Positions 13,815 to 23,128 of a stretch of DNA of 64,000 nt are shown piece by piece. The notes under the pieces were generated by a model that was given only the letters and a program-made list of their open reading frames with translations, searched no databases and was not told where the DNA came from. Positions within the stretch are counted from its first letter, which is position 1. Each line of letters begins with the position of its first letter. The DNA is from Eledone cirrhosa (Eukaryota): positions 26,908,001-26,972,000 of the forward strand of contig OZ024746.1 of NCBI GenBank assembly GCA_964016885.1. Reading direction: 5' to 3'. The position numbers were made by a program, and so were the translations under genes.

Positions 13815-14124
13815 TACTTGACCTCTTAGATGCTTGCAATCGACTTTTTCCCCAGAAAACGGAAACCCTAAACCTGACACGGGAAAAAAAATTATTACAA
13901 GCAATATAAGGGATTCAGAAAAAATTGTGGAAAGGTGTGTCGATCTGCGAAAGCCCAATGGTCTTTTCGTTCCTTTCCTACAAATCTTGTTTCGATGTCT
14001 TATTAGTCGATAACACGCAAAAAAAAACAACAAAAAAACAAAAAAAAAAACCCATGGAAAACTCAGCGGAGCCCCGCGTTCTCCGTGAAAAAAAAGTTGA
14101 TTGTCAGCATCTTGGAGGTCAGAT
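13815..14124. repeat. Imperfect ~45-bp inverted repeat with ~210-bp spacer
   Basis: TGACCTCTTAGATGCTTGCAATCGACTTTTTCCCCAGAAAACG vs CGTTCTCCGTGAAAAAAAAGTTGATTGTCAGCATCTTGGAGGTCA. Opposite-strand ORFs share KVDC.HL.GQ. Confidence 0.75.
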
Positions 14125-14345
14125 AGTTGATAGCATACGAAGGAATCGCTGAAAATTTTTTTTTACCCATTGAAATCGAATAGGGTGTTTTTTATTTATT
14201 TATAATACCTTAATAACTTTTAAAGATATATTTAATTTATTAACTGAGTCTGTAACTTAACATATGGTTCTTATAAAAAAAATGTCGGACGATTTTAATT
14301 TAAATTAAAACCCATTAAAATAAGTGGTTTAATTTTGTTTCATAG

Positions 14346-14442
14346 AGCCAGAGCTAGTTTTTATTGGATTGGTATCAAATATGAAATACCAACCCGGTGT
14401 TAACGAAACGAAATTTGAAATACTATTGGAAAGAAAACAACG
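14346..14442 (+). CDS. Candidate internal exon, (E)PELVFIGLVSNMKYQPGVNETKFEILLERKQR; gene unknown
   Basis: Acceptor TTTTGTTTCATAG, open frame, donor CG|GTTAGT. No recognisable homology. Confidence 0.25.
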
Positions 14443-14850
14443 GTTAGTATTTACGCATATTTTTATTTTTCCTTTTGTTTAATTATAATAACACACAGCT
14501 TCGAGAAATATGTCATGCCGACTGATTCTTTTTGGCAAAATTGTATTTAGGCTGCTATTATTTATCGGAGTAGGTACGAATGAGAAGATTTGTCATTCAC
14601 ACTATTAAAATGTCTCACTTTTTACTGACTCCGGAGCAATGGGCGACTTCTATCATTTCTATATCCCAACACTGGCCAATAACTGTATGGTGTAGGTTTG
14701 GATGGCAAACCAGTTCCTGAGTGTCTTCTGTTTGACCAATGCTTTGTGAATGGAATATGTATGTATATTAAAAGAAAGTGCTCAAGCACAGAAATGCTAC
14801 AAAGAATTTTCGAACTTAAGTCAGTTACTATAAAATAGCTTATAAAAGTT

Positions 14851-14920
14851 GCTACAAAGAATCGAATTCCTTATCTCCCAGATACCGGCTAGGTGCTCTA
14901 ACCATTGAGCTAAGTGGCCC
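14851..14920 (-). pseudogene. tRNA-like sequence (tRNA pseudogene or SINE head)
   Basis: Minus strand GGGCCACTTAGCTCAATGGTTAGAGCACCTAGCCGGTATCTGGGAGATAAGGAATTCGATTC: A box, D arm, anticodon arm (GGT), degenerate B box. Acceptor stem does not close. Confidence 0.6.
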
Positions 14921-15432
14921 CTGATGACCCCCATCCCCCCTCTCTCGGGGTCCTGACTCTTTTCCTATTACCCACACTACTACCCTAAGTATTGAGTACT
15001 CTGGTGCGTTATGGTCCACCTGCTTTCTTACCACACTTTCTTTGTTGTTCTCTTTCTCTCTCTCTCTCTCTTTATATATATATATATATGTATGTATATA
15101 TAATATATGGAGGCACATGGCTTAGTGGTTAGATCATTGGCCGCGATATCCAATTTTAGCGGCCTAAATGCCGCTTACTTCAATGTATAAGACTATTCCA
15201 ACAAATTTACATTCCCCTTTTTTTAGCCGTAAAAAGAAATATAGATTTATTTATTGTTTTTTTTTTTGCGATTTATTTGCCACTGGGGTATAGATTTCTT
15301 TATTTGCCCCTTTTTTGTTTGTTTGTTTGTTTTTTTTTGCGATTTATTAGCCTTTTGGGGTGACACACACCCCCGTAGAAAGTGTGCGACCTTTCTGCCA
15401 GGGAGCACAGAGAGAGGGGGTGCTCCCTTCTC

Positions 15433-15712
15433 TTACCTGTACAAGCCGATATAGAGAGATGGCCCACTTACACGGGTCATTATTGCTACTTTCACCCATC
15501 TGTCATGGAATTGGCTGGGACAGTGCCTTTTTCTCCACCTTGATCCTTCTTTCGAAGTGGTATCGGAAGAAGAGGACCATTTGTTGGCCGGCGACATATC
15601 CCCACAGTTTCCTCGTTGCAAACGCATCTGGGACATTTCTTTTCCAAGGGATTTCCGTCCCGGAATCCGTGTCTGTAGAGCCTTTCCCGAACGGGCAGGG
15701 CCCCTCGGTATA
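15433..15712 (-). mobile_element. L1/Tx1 ORF2 C-terminal fragment (left arm copy)
   Basis: Mirror of 16262-16543; ends ...FHDRWVKVAIMTRVSGPSLYIGLYR*. Confidence 0.65.
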
Positions 15713-15764
15713 ATAGTAAGTATTAGTGGTTGTAATAAAAATGCAATCAAAATGTAATAAATAC

Positions 15765-15900
15765 CTTCACCGATTTCTTTCCTTATATTATCAACAGAAG
15801 TTGGTATGTCACCCAAAGTTCGCTTTGTATGTTCCCGAATAGCAGTGAATTTTGATAAAACTGTTTCTAATTACTTCTCCACAGTAAGACAAATATCCAT
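15765..15900 (-). pseudogene. RMND5: RMND5-like first coding exon, left arm copy with premature stop (MDICLTVEK*)
   Basis: 136-nt mirror of 16074-16209; TAA at codon 10; same G|GTATTT donor. Confidence 0.7.
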
Positions 15901-16073
15901 GTGTAGTTGAAGAGGATAAGTATGAAAGAACAGTCATTTAAATTTACAGATGGACAGATGTGGTGTTTGGCAGGGTTTGAGATATATAGAAAAATAATTA
16001 TTTACAGAAAAAGAAAATAATAATAAAGAATTATTATAATTTTTTTAAAGATTTATATCTTTTTGGACTACAC

Positions 16074-16209
16074 ATGGATATTTGTCTTACTGTGGAGGAG
16101 GAATTAGAAACAGTTTTATCAAAATTCACTGCTATTCGGGAACATACAAAGCGAACTTTGGGTGACATACCAACTTCTGTTGATAATATAAGGAAAGAAA
16201 TCAGTGAAG
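16074..16209 (+). pseudogene. RMND5: RMND5-like first coding exon (captured fragment): MDICLTVEEELETVLSKFTAIREHTKRTLGDIPTSVDNIRKEISE
   Basis: Matches the recalled N-terminus of metazoan RMND5A/B (MDQCVTVERELEKVLHKF...). Similarity stops at a phase-1 donor AG|GTATTT; upstream acceptor TTTTTTTAAAG ends at 16050. No later RMND5 exons recognised in the window. Confidence 0.75.
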
Positions 16210-16261
16210 GTATTTATTACATTTTGATTGCATTTTTATTACAACCACTAATACTTACTAT

Positions 16262-16543
16262 TATACCGAGGGGCCCTGCCCGTTCGGGAAAGGCTCTACA
16301 GACACGGATTCCGGGACGGAAACCCCTTGGAAAAGAAATGTCCCAGATGCGTTTGCAACGAGGAAACTGTGGGGATATGTCGCCGGCCAACAAATGGTTC
16401 TCTTCTTCCGATACCACTTCGAAAGAAGGATCAAGGTGGAGAAAAAGGCACTCAGTCCCAGCCAATTCCATGAAAGATGGGTGAAAGTAGCAATAATGGC
16501 CCGTGTAAGTGGGCCATCTCTCTATATCGGCTTGTACAGGTAA
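16262..16543 (+). mobile_element. Internally deleted L1/Tx1 ORF2 C-terminal fragment (zf-RVT region + end)
   Basis: Frame reads YRGALPVRERLYRHGFRDGNPLEKKCPRCVCNEETV (L1/Tx1 zinc-finger signature), then shifts to GQQMVLFFRYHFERRIKVEKKALSPSQFHERWVKVA...*. Confidence 0.7.
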
Positions 16544-16974
16544 GAGAAGAAGGGAGCACCCCCTCTCTCTGTGCTCCCTGGCAGAAAGGTCGCACACTTT
16601 CTACGGGGGTGTGTGTCACCCCAAAAGGCTAATAAATCGTAAAAAAACAAAAAAGGGGCAAATAAAGAAATCTATACCCCAGTGGCAAATAAATCGCAAA
16701 AAAAACAATAAATAAATCTATATTTCTTTTAACGGCTAAAAAAAGGGGAATGTAAATTTGTTGGAATAGCCTCATACATTGAAGTAAGCAGCAACTACAG
16801 CAAGTAAGCGGCATTTAGGCCGCTAAAATTGGATATCGCCGCATCGGCTTTGCAATCGAAAGGTTGTGAGTTCAATTCTCAGACCGGGTGATGTGCTCTT
16901 TCCATGAGCTCCAATTTACTCAGCTGTAGAAATGAGATGATAGGGACTGGGGTCCCTATCATTCCACTGCAAAG

Positions 16975-18128
16975 TAGATAGTAGGAGTGTGGAAGATGAG
17001 GTGGGAAGCGGAGGAGGAGGAGACAAGGTGTTTGATGGTGGAGGAAACTTGTTGTTGGTAGAGGGGTGTGGGGTCAGGGCGTTACGGAGCTGCCTGAGGG
17101 TTTCAGCCGTGTAGAGGTCAGCGTGCCATACCACCACGGCGCCGGCTTGATGACGATGTCATCGCAGCTACGGAGAGCGATGAGTTCGCCCCGTGAGATG
17201 TTATTCCGTTTGGAACGGTGGCGGAAGTCGAAGCGATTTACTGTGCTACGGCAGGCGTCAACGAACGTGTCCAGGGTGCTAAATTGCCCTGGTGCCGGCG
17301 TCCAAGACGATGGTCGGCGGCACGGATCCGGCGAGAAACGGATCTGGGGCGTTCGGAGCCGGTGGTGTTAGATGGAAAATGTGCCTGTAGTTTCGTGCGT
17401 CGCACGAATCGTTCGACTTCCGTTCGGTTGCGGAACTCGTCGCTGTGTGGAGTGTGGGGTATGAAGCGAAGGCCTCTATTGATTAGTGAGCGCTCAGGTG
17501 CGGAGAGGGGGAGGTCAGGGGTATGGTGACAACAAGTGGGGGGTAGGGGGTGGGTTCTGTTTGGGTGTGGGGAGGGGAGGGTGGAGACGAGGTAAGGGTG
17601 TGAGGTGGGGGAGGGGAGTGTGTGGTGGAGGGTGGTGGGGATGGGTGTGGGAAGGTCACGGGGATGGGCGGGTGGTGGAGAGGAGTGAGTGAAGCTTAAG
17701 GGCTTTGGTGGAGGTGAGGAAGGAGAATAGGTCGTGGTTGAGGTTTTAGATGAAGAGGAAGATGGAGTGGGCAAGGAGGGGGGTGGCATGTGGAGTTAAG
17801 GTGGAGGAGGGTGGGGGTGAGTTCGTGGTCAAGGTTGTGGATGGTGGAGAGGGAGGTGCGGATGGAGTTGAGCATTAGGAGGCGCGAGGATCGGGTGAGG
17901 ATACGTTGGGTGGAGGGGGAAGCGGAAGGAGAGGTGTGGAAGTGTAGTCGGGAGAGGAGGCAGCGGCTGAGGAAATGGATGTGGTTGGAATGCCGGGTTT
18001 TGCCGAAGAGAAGGTAGGAGAGTTGGAGGGCCGAAGGGAGATAGCAGGGTGGGGGGGGGGGGGGGGTGAGAGGAAAAGTTTGAGGTGGGTGTGGAGTTGG
18101 TGGAGGAAGGATCTCAGGCTGGGCATGG
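16975..18128 (-). mobile_element. Penelope-like element (PLE) ORF N-terminal/pre-RT fragment, frameshifted
   Basis: LSAPERSLINRGLRFIP...EVERFVRRTKLQAHF and NISRGELIALRSCDDIVIKPA/AVVVWHADLYTAETLRQL match the PLE IVIKPADKGGAVVVW motif, with DKGG deleted. Adjacent (TA)n at 18138-18160. Confidence 0.8.
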
Positions 18129-18624
18129 TGGGTGTGGTATATATATATATACTATATATATGAACTTACAGTTATTTAATACATCCGGCTGTGAGTGTGT
18201 AATATATATTGTCTCTGTTAATCTTGTTTATATAGATAAATTTCTATCTTCAGTCCGTCAGTATCAAACTATTTTGAAGTCATAAACACTGTCGATATGC
18301 ATCGTAAGTATAAACATTTTTCTTTTACTTCTTTTTAATTCAGTTATTATTGAAATTTACTAATTATATTCTTTACAAAGAAATATATATTTGAGAGTGT
18401 TTAAAGTGTATGTAATTTACTGTATAAATTTTGTTTCCAGTGAAATAACAAGGAAGATTAATAAATGTGTAAATTTTTCTGAAAATCTTGTCAAGCGTCT
18501 TTCAGGGTATTATATCATATTGTCATGTTATGTCAGTTTATAACTTAAAATCGCTAAATTTGGACACAATAGGAACAAGTCTAAAAATCTACTAAAACTC
18601 GTTCTCACTTGGAATTCTATTTCA

Positions 18625-18775
18625 AACAAGAAAAAAGAAGAGGGCAAAACTCTGATACAATCAGGGAAATGGTGGCCATGTTCGATATGTAGAAAAGGAA
18701 CTGGCATAAATTCTATAAAATGTACACAATGTAGATCGTGGCCTACCTCTATGTAAAATGATGATGATGATGATG
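18625..18775 (+). mobile_element. RTE fragment (PHD insert) followed by a (GAT)n tail
   Basis: SGKWWPCSICRKGTGINSIKCTQCRSW matches 58630-58710. Confidence 0.7.
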
Positions 18776-18779
18776 AATG

Positions 18780-18809
<30 letters not shown>

Positions 18810-18816
<7 letters not shown>

Positions 18817-18897
18817 GTTTGTATTTGTAAAGCCAAAACAATGCAGGTATGGACATAGAATAAAATTGTTTTGGCTTTACAAATACAAACGTTTATA
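18810..18897. repeat. Perfect 33-bp inverted repeat, 22-bp spacer, between (TA)n tracts
   Basis: TATAAACGTTTGTATTTGTAAAGCCAAAACAAT ... ATTGTTTTGGCTTTACAAATACAAACGTTTATA. Confidence 0.9.
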
Positions 18898-19339
18898 CCT
18901 TATTACACAATGCTTCAAGTGAACTATAACTTCCTCCATATATATATATATATATATATACAAATATAAATTAGCGAGAATCGTTTTCGGCTCAGGAATT
19001 AACGAAAATCAACGTCCGATATGTGTGGCAAGCGCTCGATGAATCATATGAATCAGAGCTACAACATACGTTAAGGGCCAAACACACTGAGATGATGGTT
19101 AAACATATCATCCGCACAGCCAAAACAAAACGACCATATATAACATGTCATTATCATCACCATTTAACGTCTATTTTTCATGCTACTATGGGTTAGATGG
19201 CCGTTACATACTGAGACCATTCCAAGTATGGAATGTATGAATAAGATGGGATTGCTCCAATACATTTGGTCTTGTATCATGACAGCCCCTTCAACTTATG
19301 CTACTGTGGAATGTGGACATGAAATGATGATGATATACA

Positions 19340-19562
19340 ACAGGCTTTTGCACTTTCTGATTACCAAATTTCACTCACAATCTGAAAATAAAGTAAAAAA
19401 TATTTTTTCCATGTGTCACACAGTGAGTGAACCAAAGACCACATAGTTATGAAACAAACACTTTATAGTCATGTCTGCATTTTCCCAAGGTTTTCACACT
19501 GAGTGAACCGAAGACCACATAGTTATGAAGCACACTCCTTAACCAGACAATCATACCTGCAC
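19340..19562 (-). mobile_element. Degenerate tRNA-derived SINE head fragments (duplicated)
   Basis: GTGAACC(A/G)AAGACCACATAGTTATGAA occurs twice; minus strand has A-box/B-box-like motifs. Confidence 0.45.
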
Positions 19563-19828
19563 TTACTGCAATGTTATATAACTTATTTTTCCTAACTATG
19601 AAAACCTCCATTAATTAATGGACTACTTTCTAAATGATCATAGCAGAAATATTTACATTTCTCATTAATTATACAGGAAGTTTATCAACTTCAAGCTGTT
19701 GCAACATTCACCTAAATAACTTAAGATATTTAGTTTCATCCTGCAGTTGTCAATTGAACTTTGAAATCTGCCAGGCAGTAAAGTATTAGCAGTCAGTTAA
19801 CTGATCCCTAATAGATGCTAGATTATTT

Positions 19829-19920
19829 TACTCTACGAACGTTTCAATGCAGGAGGTTGGGCCATACCTCAATAGATATACTGGGCGGTGGTCCCACTGC
19901 TCTACATATCGTCAGGAGCA
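19829..19920 (-). ncRNA. Type I hammerhead ribozyme candidate
   Basis: Minus: UGCUC-CUGACGA-U-AUGUAG...CUGCAU-U-GAAA-CGUUCG-UA-GAGUA. Stems I, II and a short III form; U.U mismatch at the base of stem II. Confidence 0.65.
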
Positions 19921-19994
19921 TAGATGTTGTAATTATTCAAATACAAACAAGCAAAAGGTGACATAATACAGGTCAAATGGGATGGTGGATTGTC

Positions 19995-20172
19995 AGTATT
20001 GGTAGAGGGTCGGACGCCATGCTTTGCAGCAAAGAGTTACGGCCCTTTATGGTCTGAGTTCAAATCCCGCCGAGATTAACTTTACCTTTCATCCTTATGG
20101 GGTCGATAAAATAAAGTACCAGTAATACACTGGGATAATTGCTGGCCTTGTGCCGAAAGTAGAAACAATTAT
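19995..20172 (+). mobile_element. tRNA-derived SINE, same family as 675-1080
   Basis: GAGTTCAAATCCCGCCGAG...CTTTCATCCTTATGGGGTCGATAAAATAAAGTACCAGT...AAAGTAGAAAC. Confidence 0.85.
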
Positions 20173-20567
20173 AATACAGGTCAAACTCACAAAGCAAAAA
20201 AACAGCATGTCTGGTGCTATTACATTAAAAAGCAACGGAAAGTGTGCTCAAAAACAGAAGAAACAGGTTATTTATTGTTATTTTATTAAAATTTTGAGCT
20301 CTGCAGTTTGTGCAATAATGGCCCATAATGTAATCCATGGAGGTTGAAAAATCATCCAGCCTTTTCGATTACTGATTGACCAAGGGTACAGATTAGCATC
20401 ATGCTTCTATAATCTTTACCAGGATATATATTAATAAACTCCAATATAACCTAACACACACATATATATATATATATATATGGAAAGTTATATTTAAATT
20501 GTTGGGTTACAACTAGTAAATATTTATAACTGATATAAAAGCACTCGACAAGTATTTGGAGTATATT

Positions 20568-20937
20568 TACGATATTAAATAAATGGAAACTATATTTATA
20601 AAACCATATTTATTTCATTATATATATTTCAGGGATATCATATTAACAATATGCTATGCCTTCCTCAGACAAAATACAATATAGACAGTTTTATAGATAA
20701 ATAGATTTGACATACCGTTCAACATCGACTTGTATTTGAAAAGTTGATTTGGCAGAATCAACTTTTCAAATACAAGTCGATATTGAACGGTATGTCAAAT
20801 CTATTTATCTATAAAACTGTCTATATTGTATTTTGTCTGAGGAAGGCATAGCATAGTGTTAATATGATATCCCTGAAATATATATAATGAAATAAATATG
20901 GTTTTATAAATATAGTTTCCATTTATTTAATATCGTA
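20568..20937. repeat. 370-bp near-perfect spacerless palindrome
   Basis: Centre at 20752/20753; the arms differ at only a few positions; (TA)n follows. Confidence 0.95.
20829..20894 (+). ncRNA. Hammerhead ribozyme candidate (mirror copy on the minus strand at 20611-20676)
   Basis: UAUUUUGU-CUGAGGA-AGG...CCU-GAAA-UAUAUA-UA-AUGAAAUA. 8-bp stem I with two G.U pairs, palindromic stem III, AATAAA immediately after. Confidence 0.5.
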
Positions 20938-21599
20938 TATATATATATATATATATACTATGTGATATATGGCTTTTTCTCTCTATATATATACATATAT
21001 TTCTTAATTTGAATTATATATTCATTAAAAACAACAGAACGTTGGACAAGAAACGTAATTTCAATGACCCAGCTTCATCATCCAAATATGATGTAAGACC
21101 CTGGTGATTTTATGAGGCGTTAATTGCAGAATTAGTTATATAAGAGAACAGGATTTTGTTGAACAGGCCTTAAAGTTTCGGGCACTTGTCCTTCATCAGA
21201 AGATAGAAAAAGAAATAGAAGTGGAGAGATATTGTGCTGAGAAGGACCTGCCCAACCCATGCAAGCACGTAGCGGGTATAAATAAATTATTGGGTTGTTG
21301 TTTGTTGTTGATCAAATGTGTTTACCAATTCTAATGTGTGATAATTTGATGTCGTAAATCTATGGATAACTGTTGTCTTAAGTGAACTGGAGCGAACTAT
21401 TTTATCACAATGGTGTTATCTTCTGACAATCTGCAGATGGCCTCTAGAAAAGGATTCCTTCAGACAATTTGGTGACACTAGTCCCAAACAAAGAAATTAA
21501 ATATCTATGAAGCTAAAAGCTCAGTGTGTGTGATCACAATGATCTATTTAGCTAACTTGGGAACAAAAGTTCACTACACACACACACACACACACATAT

Positions 21600-21960
21600 T
21601 ATCATCATCATCGTTAAACGTCTATCTTCCACGCTAGCATGGGTTAGACAGGAATGGTCCCACTTGAGGCAATATTGATTGGGTGACCGTGTTTCACTCA
21701 TGAGGTTGGTCCTAACACCAACCACATTTGCAGTGGGGACTGGGAGCCTTTTTACCGTGTTTCCTACACGGCCACATTACAGCGTGGACTGTGTTTTTTT
21801 TTTTGTTGTGAGACCTACACAACCTCTTTAGTTTGGACTGGATGTTGTGGTACCAACATAACTTTACAGAGAAAGGGTGGTGTTGGTGGGAGTGGGAGGA
21901 TGGAGAAAGGGTAGTGGTTTGGGTGTATATCTGGTTAGGAGGGGCCTACTGACTGTAGGT
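21600..21960 (-). mobile_element. RTE 3' UTR + (GAT)n tail
   Basis: Aligns to 62993-63410 and to the reverse complement of 59430-59660. Confidence 0.85.
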
Positions 21961-22082
21961 TAACTTTAAGCTTGTGTGATTGACTTAATCTGTTACCCAG
22001 TTTAATGCAACCACCACTTGGTGCTTGGATACATTTAGTGGTGTCCACTATAATGCAAACATTCAGGGTAGATCTTTAGATT

Positions 22083-22174
22083 GTGGACACCCCATTTCCA
22101 CCCTCTCACTAGTGTCAGATGCCCTGAAGTGGACACCCCATTCCCACCCTCCCACTAGCCTCAAATGCCCTGAA
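22083..22174. repeat. 46-bp direct repeat, 2 copies
   Basis: GTGGACACCCCATT(T/C)CCACCCTC(T/C)CACTAG..CA.ATGCCCTGAA twice. Confidence 0.8.
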
Positions 22175-22457
22175 AAGAACCATGAATGCTGCTCTTATCT
22201 CCCTGATTAAACAGTTAAACTAATTTGTATAAATAAACAATTGACCCTCGTCTGTTTATATAATTTATGAGTACATTAATAATCTCTCAAACTCATATAT
22301 CTTTTCTGTGTAAAATGTCTTCTACCTTAATTCTGTAGAAATCTTCAAGATGTAATTCCTTGTTCAGTAAATACAGTTGTTCTTTTCTTATTTTGTTTTT
22401 AATTCGGATTTAAATTGATTAATATATTCACTGATCATTTTTCCTTTGTTCATATAG

Positions 22458-22514
22458 CTGACAAACTACAGCTACTTTTTGAAGATCTTATTCCAGATTT
22501 AGAATCTGGTAGAG
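22458..22514 (+). CDS. Candidate 57-nt phase 1-1 exon, (A)DKLQLLFEDLIPDLESGR(G); gene unknown
   Basis: Acceptor TTTTCCTTTGTTCATATAG, donor AG|GTTTGT, open frame in unique AT-rich DNA. Confidence 0.3.
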
Positions 22515-23128
22515 GTTTGTATGTTTTATTGTTTCAGCTCTCACAATTTCATACATTCTGCTTGGCTAATATTAAACTGATCATCAATTACACCGGTGCC
22601 ACCTATTTATGAGAGTCTAAAATCCTCTGTACTTTAGACTTCATTATCTGACAAACTAGTAACAAAGAAATGTATTTATCTCAAGAAGTAATTATGCTAA
22701 TAACTAATATGTCAATGTAAAAAAAAAAGAAGCATTTTCTACATTGAATGTCCTACAATTGTAAATAAGTTATAGATAATTTGTTAAGGAAAATGTGTTT
22801 AGTTTAATATAAACTTACTACTGTCATGTTAATTATTTTCTTTAACTTTTCTACATCAACACAATAAATCTGTAGTAACTTGTTATTGAACTGGTACAAG
22901 GTCACCTATTACACCCGTTAACCTACTATGCCTCACTTTCCAAACCCTCTACTAAATCACTTTATCATTCACTTTCTCTCTGAACTGCAACACACCTTTA
23001 AATTAAATAAATAAATGAGATATAACATGAAGAAATACTGGCAATGTGAGGAAATATTTAAAATCATTTTAACCCTTCTTTTTAAATTTAATTTGTATCT
23101 AACTACTTTAAGTATTGTATTTTATTAC

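Larger units (their letters stand above)
15142..16840. mobile_element. Non-autonomous foldback TIR element with Merlin-like termini; arms 15142-15907 and 16067-16840, 159-bp spacer
   Basis: Arms are near-identical reverse complements; termini (G/C)GCGATATCCAATTTTAGCGGCC. 8-bp flanks TCATTGGC (15134-41) / GCATCGGC (16841-48) match at 6/8 and correspond to a single ACATTGGC in the empty paralogous SINE. GG-initial TIR with 8-bp TSD fits the Merlin superfamily. Confidence 0.85.
15109..16973 (+). mobile_element. tRNA-derived SINE split by the foldback element (parts 15109-15141 and 16841-16973)
   Basis: GGCACATGGCTTAGTGGTTAGATCATTGGC | ...TTGCAATCGAAAGGTTGTGAGTTCAATTCTCAGACCGGG is colinear with the uninterrupted copy at 60692-60869 (minus). 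Confidence 0.9.

Noticed and set aside
14851-14920. Functional tRNA-Thr(GGT)
   Set aside because: Acceptor stem unpaired, C instead of U33, and a GGT anticodon is atypical for eukaryotes; kept only as tRNA-like.
16074-16484. 136-aa ORF as a real protein
   Set aside because: Only the first 45 codons are gene-like; the rest reads through a splice donor into intron and out-of-frame Tx1 sequence.
18215-18256. CUGAAGA + stem upstream of the PLE ORF (minus)
   Set aside because: The GAAA core is missing (AUAAAC), so it cannot be called a ribozyme.
18980-19110. hAT/Charlie BED-like transposase snippet (NQRPICV...LRAKH)
   Set aside because: Too short and degenerate to support by eye.
21160-21206. 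Hammerhead-like CUGAUGA-AGGACAAGUGCCC-GAAAC on the minus strand
   Set aside because: Core and partial stem II are present, but there is no UH site in register and stem I does not pair. At most a decayed PLE motif.
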